Shown here: positions 41,271 through 55,495 of the stretch, in pieces
How the letters are laid out: every line of letters begins with the position of its first letter
How positions within the stretch are numbered: position 1 is the stretch's first letter
The notes under the pieces: generated by a model
Told to the model about the DNA's origin: nothing
The model's database searches: none
What the model saw: only the letters and a program-made list of their open reading frames with translations
Position numbers and translations under genes: made by a program
NCBI RefSeq assembly: GCF_009914755.1
Contig: NC_060932.1
Source: the human T2T-CHM13v2.0 reference genome, Homo sapiens
Direction: 5' to 3' (one strand)
DNA length: 64,000 nt

Positions 41271-41749
41271 ATTTGAGGGGTTTTATATGCTCTCGCAATC
41301 AACAGTTACGGTGGCTTTTTTATAGGCTTAGTAGCAGTTTCCAACTTACTGATTACTTTATGAAGACTTACAGTTTGCTATTAGTAATAGGAAGTAATTA
41401 TTGAATACTGATTGTGTGGTAGGCAGTATACTTTGTGCTTTACCTGAATTATCTTCTTTAACTCTTCCACTTTGAGGGAGGCCCTATTTGACCTGTTTTA
41501 GAAGATAGAGAGATTGAAGTTCAGAAAAGTTAAGTAACATTCCTAATGACAGTAAGTAATAGAGCTGTTATTGCAACTAGATGGGTCTGACCTCTTAAGT
41601 CCCAGCTCTTTTTTCATACTATAGTGCTCTGAGCCAGGCAGGAGTTGAACAGGATCCCATCAGTTTTACACTGTCACTTTTGCTTAGCACTGTGCCTGGT
41701 TATATAATAGGTGCTTGGTAAATGCCAAATAAATTAAAAATTGAATCTT

Positions 41750-42060
41750 TACAAAATTTTTAAATTGATACATAATATTTTCACATTTATGGAGTAGGGT
41801 ACATGTGATATTTTGTTAGATTCATACAGTGTGTAACAATCAGGTCAGGGTATTTAGAGTATCCATCACTTTGAGTGTTTATCATTTCCATGTGTTGGGA
41901 ACATTTCAAATCCTCTCTTCTAGCTACTTTGAAATATACAGTACATTGTTATTAACTATAGTCATCCTACTCTGTTATCAGACATTAGAACTTACTCCGT
42001 CTAACTGTATGATTTACCTATTAACCAACCTCTCTTCATCCGCCTTGCTCCCCCACATGC
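41750..42060 (-). mobile_element. L1MA-type 3' end
   Basis: 'tacatgtgatattttgttagattcatacagtgtgtaacaatcaggtcagggtattt...ctactttgaaatatacag'. Confidence 0.8.
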
Positions 42061-42178
42061 TTCTGGCCTATATGCAGAATAGATTGAATTGTAACTGGAG
42101 TCAGGTAAGTTATTCTTTGGATACCATAACCGGAACTTTTTTTTCCCATAAAGATAGTGTTATAAAAGTTTTATAATT

Positions 42179-42463
42179 TGGCCAGGTGCAGTGGCTCACA
42201 TCTGTAACCCCAGCACTTTGGGAGGCCAAGAAGAGAGGATCGCTTTTGGCTGAGAGTTCTAGACCAGCCTGGGCAACATAGACCCCGCCTCTACAGAAAA
42301 ATTAAAAATTAGCCAGGTGTGTTGGTACATGCCTATAGTCCTAGCTACTTGGAGGCTGAGGCAGGAGGATTGTTTGAGCCCAGGAGGCTGAGGCTGCAGT
42401 GAGCTATGGTCTCACTACTATACTCCAGCCTGGGCAACAGAGTAAGACCTATCTCTAAAAAGG
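42179..42463 (+). mobile_element. Alu (AluJ)
   Basis: AluJ features 'ggaggattgtttgagcccaggagg...gagctatg'. Confidence 0.93.
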
Positions 42464-42573
42464 AAAATATATATATATTTAGTTTATGATTGTGTTCTTT
42501 GCAGGCCTGTCTGTACCACATTTGAGGTCTGAGACAAGAATACAAATGGAGGTCTGCAAATCATAGTTTAAAT

Positions 42574-42791
42574 CAGGGATTTTCAGTCTTTACACTATTG
42601 ATGTCTGGGACAGGTTTAGGGGTAACAGGGGCTGTCCTATGCACTATAGGACATTAAACATCATCCTTGGCCTCTACGAACTGGAAGCCAGGAGTAACCC
42701 TCCTGCCCCAAGCTTCTGTCAACCAAAAGTGTCTCTAGATATTGCCAAATGTTCTCTGGGGGACAAAATTGTCCCTGGTTGAGAACCACTG
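42574..42791. mobile_element. MER20 DNA transposon
   Basis: 'gggctgtcctatgcactataggacatt...aaccaaaagtgtctctagatattgccaaatgttctctggggg...gttgagaaccactg'. Confidence 0.85.
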
Positions 42792-43197
42792 GCCTAAATA
42801 TTTAAATGTTATAGACCATACTATGCCCGCAGCCTGGCCTGCTTTCCCATGCAGGGTCCCCAGCCTGCTCCCTAGGCATTGCCGTCTCAGTGCAGAGGTC
42901 CAAGTAGCTTGCAGGCTTGATCCAGTCAGTAGGACCCTGGCCTGGGATTGACTGTCAGTTTCCTTCAGGGAGCCAGGGTGGGCAGGTTCCCCTCCTTTGA
43001 TACTGTACTTTTCCATCTCAGGATTTCTAGATAGATAGTTCCAAGCATCTCCCAGAACTATACTAGCCGAGTAGCTGGACAGATAGAAGGTGGAAGCCTA
43101 GCTTTCTGGGGAACTCATTCTGCTTAGACTCTGACTCTAGGTGACATGGAATGGGGAACTTGAAGCAAAAACAGCTGCAGCCATCTTTCTCTGGTAA

Positions 43198-43482
<285 letters not shown>

Positions 43483-44441
43483 CTTTCTCTGGTTTTCTAG
43501 GGCAGTGATTTTCAGTTATCACTACTCCATGCACTTTCCCACCCACACACACCTCTGTAAAAGGAGAGACAGTCCTCTGTGTTTCGCAGGGCAGAGGCCC
43601 TTTTTTTCATGGGTCAAATAAGATACTGATTTTTAGGATGAAACCACATTTTACTCATTACATGGCTCAACTCTGGTGTGGAATGATCCAGTTATCATAT
43701 GCAGTGTTTCTGTTGTGGTGGGATGGATTGCAGTGAATGAATCTTCATCCTATAGTGGGAGTAGAGAGGTTTTTATTGGTACCATTTAAGGAAAGGGGTC
43801 CCAGACAGTCTCAGAAATAAAGAGAAGGGCACAGAAAATCCCAATATGGCCCGCAACTGCTTCAGAGAAGAAAGAGTGGACCGGAAGATAGGACATGAGT
43901 CGTTTGTCTAGGTTAAGGAGCCTTCAGTCTTTTTGCTAAATTAACCCTTTTGAGAATCTGATGAAAGCCATGATTATTCTTCCCCAGAAATGCAGATTCT
44001 CACCCAAAGTTTTGCATGTAATTTGAAGCAATTCAAAGGCATACTAAGATGGAAAAATGAAGTAAATCACCACAGTGGCAGTTCTCTGAGAAAAGCACCC
44101 TAACTGAGGTTGTGGAAGAATATCATTTGCCAAATATATGATGCCAATATAAGTATGTCTTTCTTCTGCTTTTTTGTCTGTTTTCCCCCTAACCTTTTAA
44201 CATTATCTTATTTTTTCTTACCTTCTCTGTTAGCCTACTGAAATCTTTAAGGTATCATATAATATATAGATGGATATTCAGTAAGGCTTTTCTAAAATTG
44301 GTATCTATGAAGAGAGTTAGTTTAAGAATTGCAGGATCACCAGAGAAGGAACTTTAAGAGAGGGAAAAATGAAATTGAATAGAATTTGAACTTAAAAGGC
44401 CGTTTTATCCAATCATTAAGGGGAAAGTGAAACCAAAGTAG

Positions 44442-45072
44442 TTTTGGGGCCAAGGGTAAAGTTCCCCTTTGCCCTCTGAAGGTTCACTGAAAAATCAACT
44501 GACAAAAGGCAGATTAATTGGAGAAAAGGCATACAAATTTATGTAACGTATATATGCACAAGAGCCTTCAGAATGAAGACCCAAAGATACGGGGGAAAAT
44601 GCCCATTTTTATGCTTAGGTTCAACAAAGTATGGACATTATATAGAAATATTGGCCAAAATACGAATGATCTAATGTTAATAGACTGAGTGGGGAAACTC
44701 AGCAAGGCCCATCTAGATTTTTCTTGGATTATCTGAGCATGCATTCTTTTCTTCTGGGTATGGGGCAGGACCCTGTCTGGCTTGGGGTCTTGTGACCCAC
44801 AGTCAAACAAGGTAGGTCAGGTAATTTCTTTATGATCAGTTTTTACGCAGAAAGGCCGAGGGAAAGTTAGAGTAATATTTTTCAGTTTTATGACTGGGTT
44901 TGGGGAAAAAGGGTTCTGGTTTTTGTAACCCACCTTGGGGAAGAGCGATTCTGGTTTCTATAGCTAGCCTTAGGGGAAAATGGGACTGAGAGACAGGAAG
45001 GCAGGAGAAGGTCAGAGAAAAACTTTTGTTTTTGAGGCCTTCATTTTGGAGTATGTTTTCTGAGGCCCAACA
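44442..45072 (-). mobile_element. ERV1 solo LTR (MER39-like)
   Basis: Minus strand begins tgttgggcctcagaaaacatactccaaaatgaaggcctc; 4-bp TSD-like gtag/atag. Confidence 0.75.
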
Positions 45073-47544
45073 ATAGGTTAACTGTGCCATTCAGCTAGAT
45101 AATGGTGTGGTACTAGAACCCAGCTCATCTGAATCCTAGGTGGGTGTGCTCACAGCTACATACTTCCTACGACCTGCATGGCACATGGAAGGGGTGGGAG
45201 ATAAGCAGGATAGAAACCATGGCTAACAGTATGAAGAAAGATTCAAAATTAATATCAAATAGGAAAAAAGATATTATTTACAGCATTTGTACAAATCTGA
45301 AAGCAAAATACTATGAATCCTATGTGGTTAGAGTACATTTTTGGTCTCTTAGATTACCAAAAGACTTAACACTAACATGCAGAGGCAGTGAAGTACAGTA
45401 GAAAAGACAGAAGTTTAGATTGGTACAGCATTTTTAGAAAGCAATATAGCAATATGTTATCAAATACGCAAATCTTAAACCACTGACACAGTAATTTCAC
45501 TTTTGGGGATCTATCCTTTTTCTTCTCTATAATTGGTGTTTTCCTTCTACAGTTAGCATTCTACAATCAGAGAAGAAGATTCTTAAGATGTTTTTACAGC
45601 TCAACATAATTTTTTCAACATTTTTATAATTCAACATTTTATAAAAATTTTTATAATTTTTTTCAAAACCTTGAAATGACATGTTAAAATGCTGCTTTGA
45701 ACTGGTTTTTCTTTAGCCTGTAGAAAAGAACTTTGAGTTACTGGTCAAGTAGTTTTGACCATACTGGCTTAGGAAAACAGCGCATCAGCTGTCTGATTGC
45801 TATCATGTAAAAATCTGTGAACGACTTTGAGAAGTCATTGGTGGATTATGTTGTTCAGGAATAGGAATGGAGCTTTCTTCCTATCACTTGTATTTTTTTT
45901 TTTTTTTTTGAAAGGAGGAGGAGGAGGAAATAATTTCTGCCTTATTAAGTGGTGGTTTAAATCATGAAAACCTGAAAGGTTGAGATGAGTCATGATGTGG
46001 GGGTTCAGTTTATTGGGAACTGACAGGTTTTTATTTTTCTGTTTTTTTTTTTTTTTGAATGATCTTGTGTTGTAGAGTTGAATACAGTTCTAGGGAAGTA
46101 TGATCACAAAATGAATGTTGGCAGTTCCTCCTATGATTAATATGTCAGACATGTCAAAATTCTCTCATCATGTGTATTTGCCGGGTTTATTCAGTTCTTG
46201 AAATGAGGCAGCTCTCAAGTATATTCTAAAGCAAACAGGAACTACTATTTTTCTTCTTTCCATGTATGGTATCATATTATCCCTTTTGCATACGTATTTC
46301 TTGCTCTCTGACTTTAGGTGTTATTAGATAGTGTGATTCTAATTTTTATGGAGGAAGGAAACACTAGTCAGGTTTTTTTTTTTAATTTTACTTCTGAATC
46401 AAGAGTTTTCTGTATTCTTAAATTAGGCATTAAGCCATTTGCTTTACAGTCTTTAAGAGGAATTCTGTCCTTCTAAATGCTATTTTTGTTTTTATTCTTA
46501 GTTGGTGAGTTATTCAGCTGTACCTTTTTATTGTTATTACCTGAACTCCAGGGTATTTCTGCTGCAGTAGTTTTCTGGATAATGCTAAGTGTTCTTCACA
46601 TCCCTGTTGTTTAATTGGTGTTTTTGAACAGCTGTCTTGGCAATTAGCTACCAAGTTCCCTTGATGTGGTTACAGTTAACTGTAAACGAATTTCACTCCT
46701 GATGAGCCGAGTGAAGTGTAAGGTGTCCAAGGTTGGCGTTGTCATTTCCTGGAATCTCATAAACTTTGCAGAAGGTACTGTGCCAGGCTAAAGGAATGGC
46801 CCATTTATGACATCTGACTTGGATTGTTTTATTTTATTAACTTAGTTAAAAATAATTTACTAACTTTTTAACCCACTAACTGGAGAAGATTTTATCTCCT
46901 ACGCATATTTAGATGTAATAGAATTTACGTAACTGTGCTTTAGAGGTGGAAATGCTTTATGAACATGTTGTTAGAATCAGCAGGTTATCAGTTCTTGCAT
47001 TATCATCCCACCATCTGCTGCAGCTGGCTCTAGAAGGGCATCTACAGTGGGGGGGACACTCCAGGCAAATGTATAACACCTAAGATTCTGGCTCTAAGTC
47101 CCTATGGCTTCTCCTGTTTTCTTAGCTGGGCTGGAGTATGTGAATTTCAGAGGTCCAATTACTTTTCATTTCACAACTCAAATTGGAAGCAGACTTAAGT
47201 GACTTGTCATGACCCCTTTTCCCTTGGTTCCATCTTGCTTCTTTGTTTGGTCTTCCAGTGATGGGGGTATCTGCCCCAGGACAGTTCTATTTCTAATACC
47301 TATACAGAAGCTCCTTCCCCTGGCACAGCATCCTCATTGTTGATTCCTGAGGATTTCATATTGCTCTTGACCCACATTGATGAATACAATCAGTGAGGGT
47401 GGCCCAAGGGAAGCTTGAGCTTTTAGAGCCGAGTTTTCAAAATTTCTTCCACAGAGTATAATAAGGACTGTTGTATGGGAAGGATTCCGACAAGACTGTG
47501 CAGGTGGCCCTCTCTATCTGACCAGCTTCAGCTGGAGCAGCTCT

Positions 47545-48008
47545 GTTTTTTTTTTAACTTTTATTTTAGGTTCATGGGTACATTTACAGGTTAGTTAATA
47601 GGTAAACTCGTGTCACAGGGGATTGTTGTAGTACTATTGTATTGTTGTAATATTATTGCACCCAGGTACTAAGCCTAGCACCCAGTAGTTATTTTTTCTG
47701 CTCCTCTCTCTTTTCCCACCCTCCACCCTCAAGTGGGCCCCAGTGTCCATTGTTCCTTTCTTGGCGTCCATGAGTTCTCATCATTTGGCTCCCACTTATA
47801 AATAAGAACGTGGTGTTTGGTTTTCTGTTCCTGTGTCAGTTTGCTAAGGATGATAGCCTCCAGCTCCATCTGTTCCCACAAAAGACATGATCTCCTTCTT
47901 TATTATGGCTGCATAGTATTCCATGGTATATATACACCACATTTTCTTCATCCAGTCTGTCATTGATAGGTATTTAGGTTGATTCCATGTCTTTGCTATT
48001 GTGAATAG
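47545..48008 (-). mobile_element. L1PB/old L1PA 3' end inserted in a MER112-like relic (~47425-48095)
   Basis: Poly-T, L1 3' UTR and ORF2 tail; TSD tggagcagctct at 47533-47544 and 48009-48020. Confidence 0.85.
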
Positions 48009-48339
48009 TGGAGCAGCTCTATTTTTATCTCTTTTATTTGTGACATTCTGCATTTGGTTTCAGTAGTGTTGGCTACTTGTAAAAAGTTTGAGGTTTATAG
48101 TATTAGACATTAGAATATGCCCTCTGACAAGAATTTAAGCTGTTTTATAATCAATAGCTCGGGAACCTAGAGGCAAAAATAAAAACTGTTTAGTTGATAG
48201 TGCCTCACCTGTTTTGCTCTCATGATCTCCAAGATGGGAGATTTTATAATCTCTTCTTGTAGTCATTTCAGTCATAGGTACTGTCAGTATGTTCCTAGAA
48301 TCACAAGTGTTCTTTCAATTTTTCTTGTTTTCCTGTTGG

Positions 48340-49570
48340 ATTTCTCTTAGCAAATATTTTTGGGCCTACATTTGTAAAGCACTGCTGGCTGGAGAATACA
48401 GAGGTGAATAAAGCAGTCCCTAGCTTCAAAAAGTTTACCTTATTTATAGAAGGGTATAAATTGCTATAACACAGAGAATGGCAAGCACGATTAGAATGGT
48501 GCTATTGGGGGCCCAGGGGAGAGACTGCACCTCTGATTGGGAGAAGAGAGCAAGGGGAAGATGAGTGGAGGACAGCTTTCTAAATCCAAGTGCCTTAAAG
48601 TATACTACAGATACAGTGGTCAAAGGAGAAATGCTGGATTGGGGAAACTGTTTGAGATGAGTTATGCAGGTGGAAATAACCATTAAGCAGTTTAAGTGAG
48701 ACAGTAGTGCTAGGGAAGGTGAAGAATCTAAGGCTGTGTGTGTGTGCACACCTGCGCATGGTAATTTTGTCTTTTATTCACATATTTATTGAATGCTATG
48801 TGTCATTTATTATGCTAGACACTGAGGATACGGTGCTATCCTCATACAGGACATATGGACACCAACAGGGGTGTCGTCCCTGCCCTCATGGATCTTGGTC
48901 TGATGGGGAAGAAAGGTGCTCAGCACGTAGTTAAACTGATGAGACAGGGAGCTTTAGAGGGCCTATGGTTTCTTTCCTTTACTGCTGTGTTTATAGTTTT
49001 GGTATAGTGTCTGGGCCATGGCACACATTCAATGTATGTTTATAGAGTGAATCAAAGAAATGTAATAGATGTTAATAATAAAAGAAACACAAGTTGCTAT
49101 GTAAACATGTAAGTGAGCCTGGAGGAAAAGCAGTTAGAGGTTATTAAAATACAGTAGTCTAATTGGTGGGCTTTGGACTTGGATGGTGGTTGTAGGAAGG
49201 ACTGCAGTGAACAAATGTGAACACTTTTGAGGAAATACAATTGATAGGATTAATTGGATCAAAGGATTGAGGGAGAAAGGGGAGTAAGGATTTACTCAGG
49301 TTTCTGGCTTTATCATATGGGTGAATGGTTCTGGTTTGCTATAGGGACTTTTTGGAGGAGGAGGAATTTGGGGAAATTGAGATGGAAGATGAGTCCATTT
49401 TAGGATATGATGAGTATAGTGCCTTAAAGACATTCATGTTATGTTTGTAGGAGTAATAGTGCATAAAATTACTGAAGGATAGGTTGTATAGAGGCTAAAG
49501 AAGCTGAGGGCAAACTCTTGAGGAACATGTTTATTTAAAGATGGAGTGAGGCACAGGAACCGAAGAGGGA
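48340..49570. mobile_element. L2 fragments
   Basis: L2 motifs 'caaatatttttgggcctac...gaataaagcagtccctag' and 'ttattcacatatttattgaatgctatg'. Confidence 0.55.
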
Positions 49571-50914
49571 GCAGGTGGGTCATTTTTTAAACAAATACCA
49601 TTGCAACAAATGTTTGCAGGATGAGAGTTATGCAAGACTCAAATGACTCACACTTATTTTTAGTAGCATTTGAATATTCCAATGTAGCAAGAAGCAGAAA
49701 CACTGGACAGTCTCTTACAGTTTGATCTGATATGATGACAATAAAGGTAATTTATGAAACAATTTTTTTTAAGCTTTAGGACTTAAGAACAATTGTTGTG
49801 TCTCAGCCGTGGCAGTTCTGTCCTATACGTCTGGCCTAAACTGTCTTTTCACAGCTTCCTAGCTGGGGGAGGTGATTGTCAAATTATAATTGGGTGAGAG
49901 GATGTAAACTGTAAATTGTGCAGTTTGCAAGTAGAAATTAGGGTGGCTCCACATATATAAGCTAAAATAAATAATATAGAACTAAACTGTTAGTAATTTA
50001 TCAACCCATTGCCATCTTGAGAATCATAATGTGTATTTGTGAAACAACAGAATGATTTGCAGGCAGCAGATGTAATGCTTATGCAGAGTTGCTGGGAAAC
50101 TGCTTTATTCACACAAGGAACTGAGGGACATTAGAGACGAGCTGTCACCTGAGAGTATCAGTCAGCTCTTGGAGTTTTCAGTAAGATTTCTTTCCCCTTA
50201 TACAGCGAATACTGTTCTCCTTTCCTCCCCGTCGATTGGTTTCTCGGCATCTACTTGGTATGACACAGTAAACAGGCTCTATTCTCTGTTTTCAGCAACA
50301 TAGAAATATTGTTCAGCCTGTCCTGATGGAGTACAGCAACCTGCTGATTAAGGGATTAACAATTTTAAAAGTATTTTGTACAGTGGTTCAGGGAAGATTA
50401 GAGAGGGTTGAGTATAATTGTGGTTTGGATGCTTTGCTTTTGCCAAAATTGGCAGTTGTTTCAACCATTCTTAATATTTTCATCTAAAATTGCACAGTAA
50501 TTAAACCCTGCTAAACACTTTTAAGTATTTGCATAGAGGTGAGATAATGTTCTATTGATTCTTTTAATTTGTAAGAGTAGATTAAGTTTATCTTTATAGT
50601 TGCAGTAATAAAATGAATTATACAAATATATACAGAATTCCAGGTTCTTTGTGTATAATGCTACAGAAAAACTGGTTGGTTTGTTTTTTTTCCATGCGTC
50701 AGTAGTAGTAACCCTTATCTTTGAACTTGAGGTAATTTTGTCAGTTGGTAATACATTGAATTCTTAGGGTAGCATCAGATTTTGGTTTATGAGCCATTTA
50801 AGAATATTGATTAGAAAAGATTTGATTTTCTTCTTAGAGGCATATGATTAACATAAAAATACCTTGTTAATGTTGTGACCACAGTGTGTGTTTGTGATAA
50901 ATTAAAAGAATAGG

Positions 50915-51296
<382 letters not shown>

Positions 51297-52223
51297 TTAA
51301 GGTTTCTTGGTTTTAGTTGGAAGATTGGAGAGAATATATCAGGCATTGAACTTTAAATGCTTAAATTAGTAGAATAATTTTTTAATTGAACATTTTACTT
51401 AACTAGTCCTGCTCAGCAAATCCTGTGTTATATGTTGCTATCTTCAAATGTTGGATAGAGAAATTACTTAAAATATATATTTTATTTAGATATGTAATTA
51501 GACTGCTACTTGTCTTTTCAGTTACTGTTTAATCAGAAAATGTAATCATCTCAATTCAAATGAAAATCTCTAACATATGGCATAGATGCTGTGGGTGTTA
51601 TGGAATCTATAAGAAGAATCAATGCTGTTGGTATATTAAATGTATTTCCTCTAAAAATAATTTTGGAAGTTACAAACACTCCTACAGATTTAACACTTTT
51701 GTTGCTCTGTGACTAATGAGGAAATAAAATTTTTTAAAAAATTTAAGTAGTTAGGGTTTTAAAGCTGTTTTAAATTTTGCCTGAGATAACCCATATCCTA
51801 TTTGTGAATTACTTAGAGGACTTTTAATTAAAGTAACTCAAACCAACTTGGTTAGCTAAGAAAGATCCTAGTCATTGCCTGTGATAGATTCTTTATGCTC
51901 ATAATGGTAACAAACTAATATTTTTTGATTTAGGGGTTTTCCTAAACTATGGTGCCTTACTTTGTTTAAGCAGACACTGTCCTTTGTCAGTGATTTTTTT
52001 TTTTTTAAAGCTTAGCTAAAAATCTGCAGAAAGCCCCAAACCTATCTTTTTTCCCCCCATATTCAGCTTTTCATTTTGGACAATAGGCTAGTAGAATTTT
52101 AAACTGTGACCTTAGTATTACTAATGCATATTAAGGTCACAGTAAGTATACCGAAGGAAATGATTGATTTTTAAAGCAGCTTTATTGAGATATAATTTGC
52201 ATACCATAAAATTTACCTGTTTT

Positions 52224-52526
52224 GGCCGGGTGCAGTGGCTCATGCCTGTAATCCCAGCACTTTGGGCGGTCGAGGCGGGTGGATCACAAGGTCAGGAAAC
52301 AGAGACCATCCTGGCTAACACAGTGAAACCCCGTCTCTACTAAAAATACAAAAAATTAGCCGGGTATGGTGGCGGGCGCCCACTACTCAGCTGCTCAGGA
52401 GGCTGAGGCAGGAGAATGGCGTGAGCTCAGGAGGCGGAGCTTGCAGTGAGCTGAGATTGCGCCACTGCACTCCAGCCTGGGCGACAGAGCAAGACTCCGT
52501 CTCAAAAAAAAAAAAAAAAAAAAAAA
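52224..52526 (+). mobile_element. Alu (AluY-like) inserted in a short L1M 3' end
   Basis: 'accatcctggctaacacagtgaaacc...gaatggcgtga...gcttgcagtg'; TSD aaaatttacctgtttt. Confidence 0.95.
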
Positions 52527-54012
52527 TTTACCTGTTTTAACGGTATGAGGAAACTTGATTTTTACATTAAACAAAATCCCTGGGAAATCACCTGGACAGA
52601 TACTTTTAACAAATGTGAATTTTCAGATGCTCCATCTTTTCTTCTCCCTAGATTTTGGTTCATTAGGACTCAAACTTTAGTAAGTATTAGGAGACTTGTG
52701 AAAACGAAAGACTCTGAAATCCCAGTTCTTTTTAACTTTTTAATTGTAAGGAAGATACATTTATTTCTGGATTTTATATATATGTATATATATATTATAT
52801 TTAAGTTTAAAAACCTGAAAGCTTCCAGTATCAGATTACTGTAGTGACAAGCATTTTAATATGTGCAGGAAAGAGTAAAAAGTAAAGACTTTTCTGCATG
52901 CTGAAGTTACAGTACAGCAGAGGATTCTCACCTTAGTTTTACAAAATAAAAAGGGGCCTTAGCTTCAAAACTGGATTTTGCTTGGGGATGGATTTGCTGC
53001 TAGAATTTTGTGAAAGATTATGTAAAAATATTTCCATTATTTTCCTTGTCAGTTTTGGGACACTTGTGCCGGAGTGCTTTGTTATTGTAAGCTGAAACTT
53101 CAGTGCACAGTGCACTGTGGGTGGAAAAGCTTTAAGACATTCTAGACCCTAAGCAGCAATGGCCATTTTGCTGTGAGTTTGTAAAGTAAAAACGTTCTCT
53201 CCCCCTTTTCCTAAGATGTGCATGTAGCAAGGATGGCAAAGTCCTCCCTGTAGCTCTTGCTTGTGGTCTTGGTATGCAGGGAGTTTACCAGGAACTTCTT
53301 ATGTAGACCCTCTAACAGCATAAAAGGCTTCTTTTTTCTTTCTCACATGTTCTTGTATTCTTAGGGACATTTTTTAGCTCAGAGTAACCTATGATAGGAA
53401 AAGAAGATAACTTCTAGAAGTGGTAAGTTTTGTAATATGACAGATTCTCAAGCAGGATGTCGCTTCCCCATTCTGTACCATCTGACTTAAGTTTTGTACG
53501 TCTGGAGAGCAGTGGCAGTAATTGTATAATTTTTTGGCAGCTGCACAATGTTTTGACGACGTTGCTTTAGTCTCCAAAGTAGACAGTTCAGATTTTTTTT
53601 TTTTTTCAAAAAGAACTTTCTCAGAAAGGCAGTATAGTGTATAGTGTTGAGAGTACAGGCTTAGAGGCCCTTAACGAGATCCATGCTCCATGCTTCTCGT
53701 TGTATGGTCTTGGGGATATTATTGTCTTTCTGATTCTCTATTTGTAAAGTGTAAATAACAATACCTACCTCATAGGGTCATTCTGAGGATTAAATAAGAC
53801 CAAACCTAGAATTTAGTGGACACTCAAATATTTGGTAAATACATTTTGAAAGAATCAGACTAGTAGATGAGGGATAGATAGGAGCAGGGAATTCTTGGAG
53901 TAGATTGGATCTTGTTGCCATTTGGTTAAGTCTTCTGATTTTCCATTGTATTTGCACAATATCCATGAAGCCAGATTTTGTGCTTTTGAAAAACACTTGG
54001 ATTAGAATTTGG

Positions 54013-54415
54013 TGTATTAGTTTGCTGAGCTGTTGTAACAAAGTGCAACCAACTGGATGATTTCTACAACAGATATTTATTGTCTCACTATTCTGGAGGG
54101 TAGACCTCTGAAATCAAGGTGTTGGCAGGGTGGGTTCTTTGTGAGGGCTGTGAAGGAAGGATCTGTTCCAGGCATCTCCCTGGCTTTTATATAGCCATCT
54201 ATCTGGAGTTCTGACTGTATGTGTGTCTGTCTCTAAATTTTTCCTTTTTATAAGAATACTAGTCGTATTGGATTAGGACCTACCCCAATGGCCCTATCCT
54301 AACTTGATTACTACTGCAAAGACCCCCCTCTCTCTAGATATGGTCACTTTCTGAGGCACTGGAAATTATGACTTTAACATATGAATTTTGAAGGGACACA
54401 ATTTAATCCATAACA
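54013..54415 (-). mobile_element. MaLR solo LTR (MLT1B/C-like)
   Basis: 'tgtattagtttgctgagctgttgtaacaaagtgc...gggacacaatttaatccataaca'. Confidence 0.8.
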
Positions 54416-54819
54416 GAGGTATATCAGACATGAGAATGAAACAGACTTTTACTTACAACATTTTCATTTTTTTAATTGTGCGTATTTATTAAACTTTGAT
54501 GTAAATTAATGGTATAATCTTTTTTTCTTTTACTGAGCCCAGACATTCATTTACCTAAACTTAAGTGAAGTGTATGTGGCACTTGAAAAAGATTGGTAAA
54601 ATTGAACAAAAATTCCTTATTTCCTTGTCTTAGTTATTTTGTATGTTACTATTGAGATGAGGGAGGAATGTTTGAGTTTGAGTGACTGAAATATCAAGGG
54701 AGGAGTTAAATTCTCTGGAGGCTGACCTGAAGTCATTTTGGCATTTAAACTGGTTTCAGAATGGTACATATCTACTAAATATAGAATTTACTGGTGTACA
54801 TGTTGTACGAAATCTTATG

Positions 54820-55495
54820 TGTATTAGTTTTCTAGGGCTACCGTAACAAGGTAGCACAAACTGGGTGGCTTAAGACAACAGAATATTTTTCTCTCACAGT
54901 TCTGGAGTCCAGAAATTCAAAACCAAGGTTTGGGCAGGATCATGCTTCTGAAGGCTCTAGGGAAGAATACTTCTTTGCCTCTTTTAGCTTCTGGTATTTA
55001 CTGTAGTCCTTGGAGTTCCTTGGCTTGTGGCAAAATAATTCCAATCTCTTCCGCTGTCTTCATGCAGCCTTCTTGTGTGTATCCATATCTTTCTTTTTTC
55101 TTATAAGGATACCAGTCATTGAATTTAGGGCTTACCCTAATCCAGTATGACCTCATCTTGATTATATCTGCAAAGACCCCATTTCGAAATAAAGTCACAA
55201 TGGCAGGTATAGGTTGAATATTCCTAACCCGAAAATCTAAAATGCCCCCAAATTTGAAACTTTTGAGCTCCTTTTTGAGCACTCAAAAGAAATGCTCTTT
55301 GGAGCAATTTGAATGTCAGATTTTTTTATTAGGGATACTCAACTAGTATGTATTCTACAAGTACCCTTAAATTAAAAAAAAATTAAAAATCTGAAACACT
55401 TCTGGTCTCAAGCATTTTTGATAAGGTTAATTCAACCTTTACTGGGGTTAGGACTTAAACATATTGTTTTGGGGAACATAATTCAACCCACAACA
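54820..55495 (-). mobile_element. MaLR solo LTR (MLT1C-like) split by a Tigger element
   Basis: 'tgtattagttttctagggctaccgtaacaaggtagcac' ... 'ctggggttaggacttaaacatat...caacccacaaca'. Confidence 0.8.
55210..55439. mobile_element. Tigger4/MER46-type DNA transposon
   Basis: Terminal inverted repeats aggttgaat...attcaacct; TA duplication at 55208-55209 and 55440-55441. Confidence 0.8.

Noticed and set aside
50200-50345. Possible H/ACA snoRNA copy (short resemblance to SNORA72 around 'gttcagcctgtcctga')
   Set aside because: Only ~15 nt of recalled similarity and no two-hairpin H/ACA architecture seen; an Infernal/Rfam scan would settle it
53106-53119. CACAGTG-CACTGTG palindrome as a RAG recombination signal or signal joint
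   Set aside because: Heptamer order is the reverse of a signal joint, and I see no convincing nonamer at 12- or 23-bp spacing
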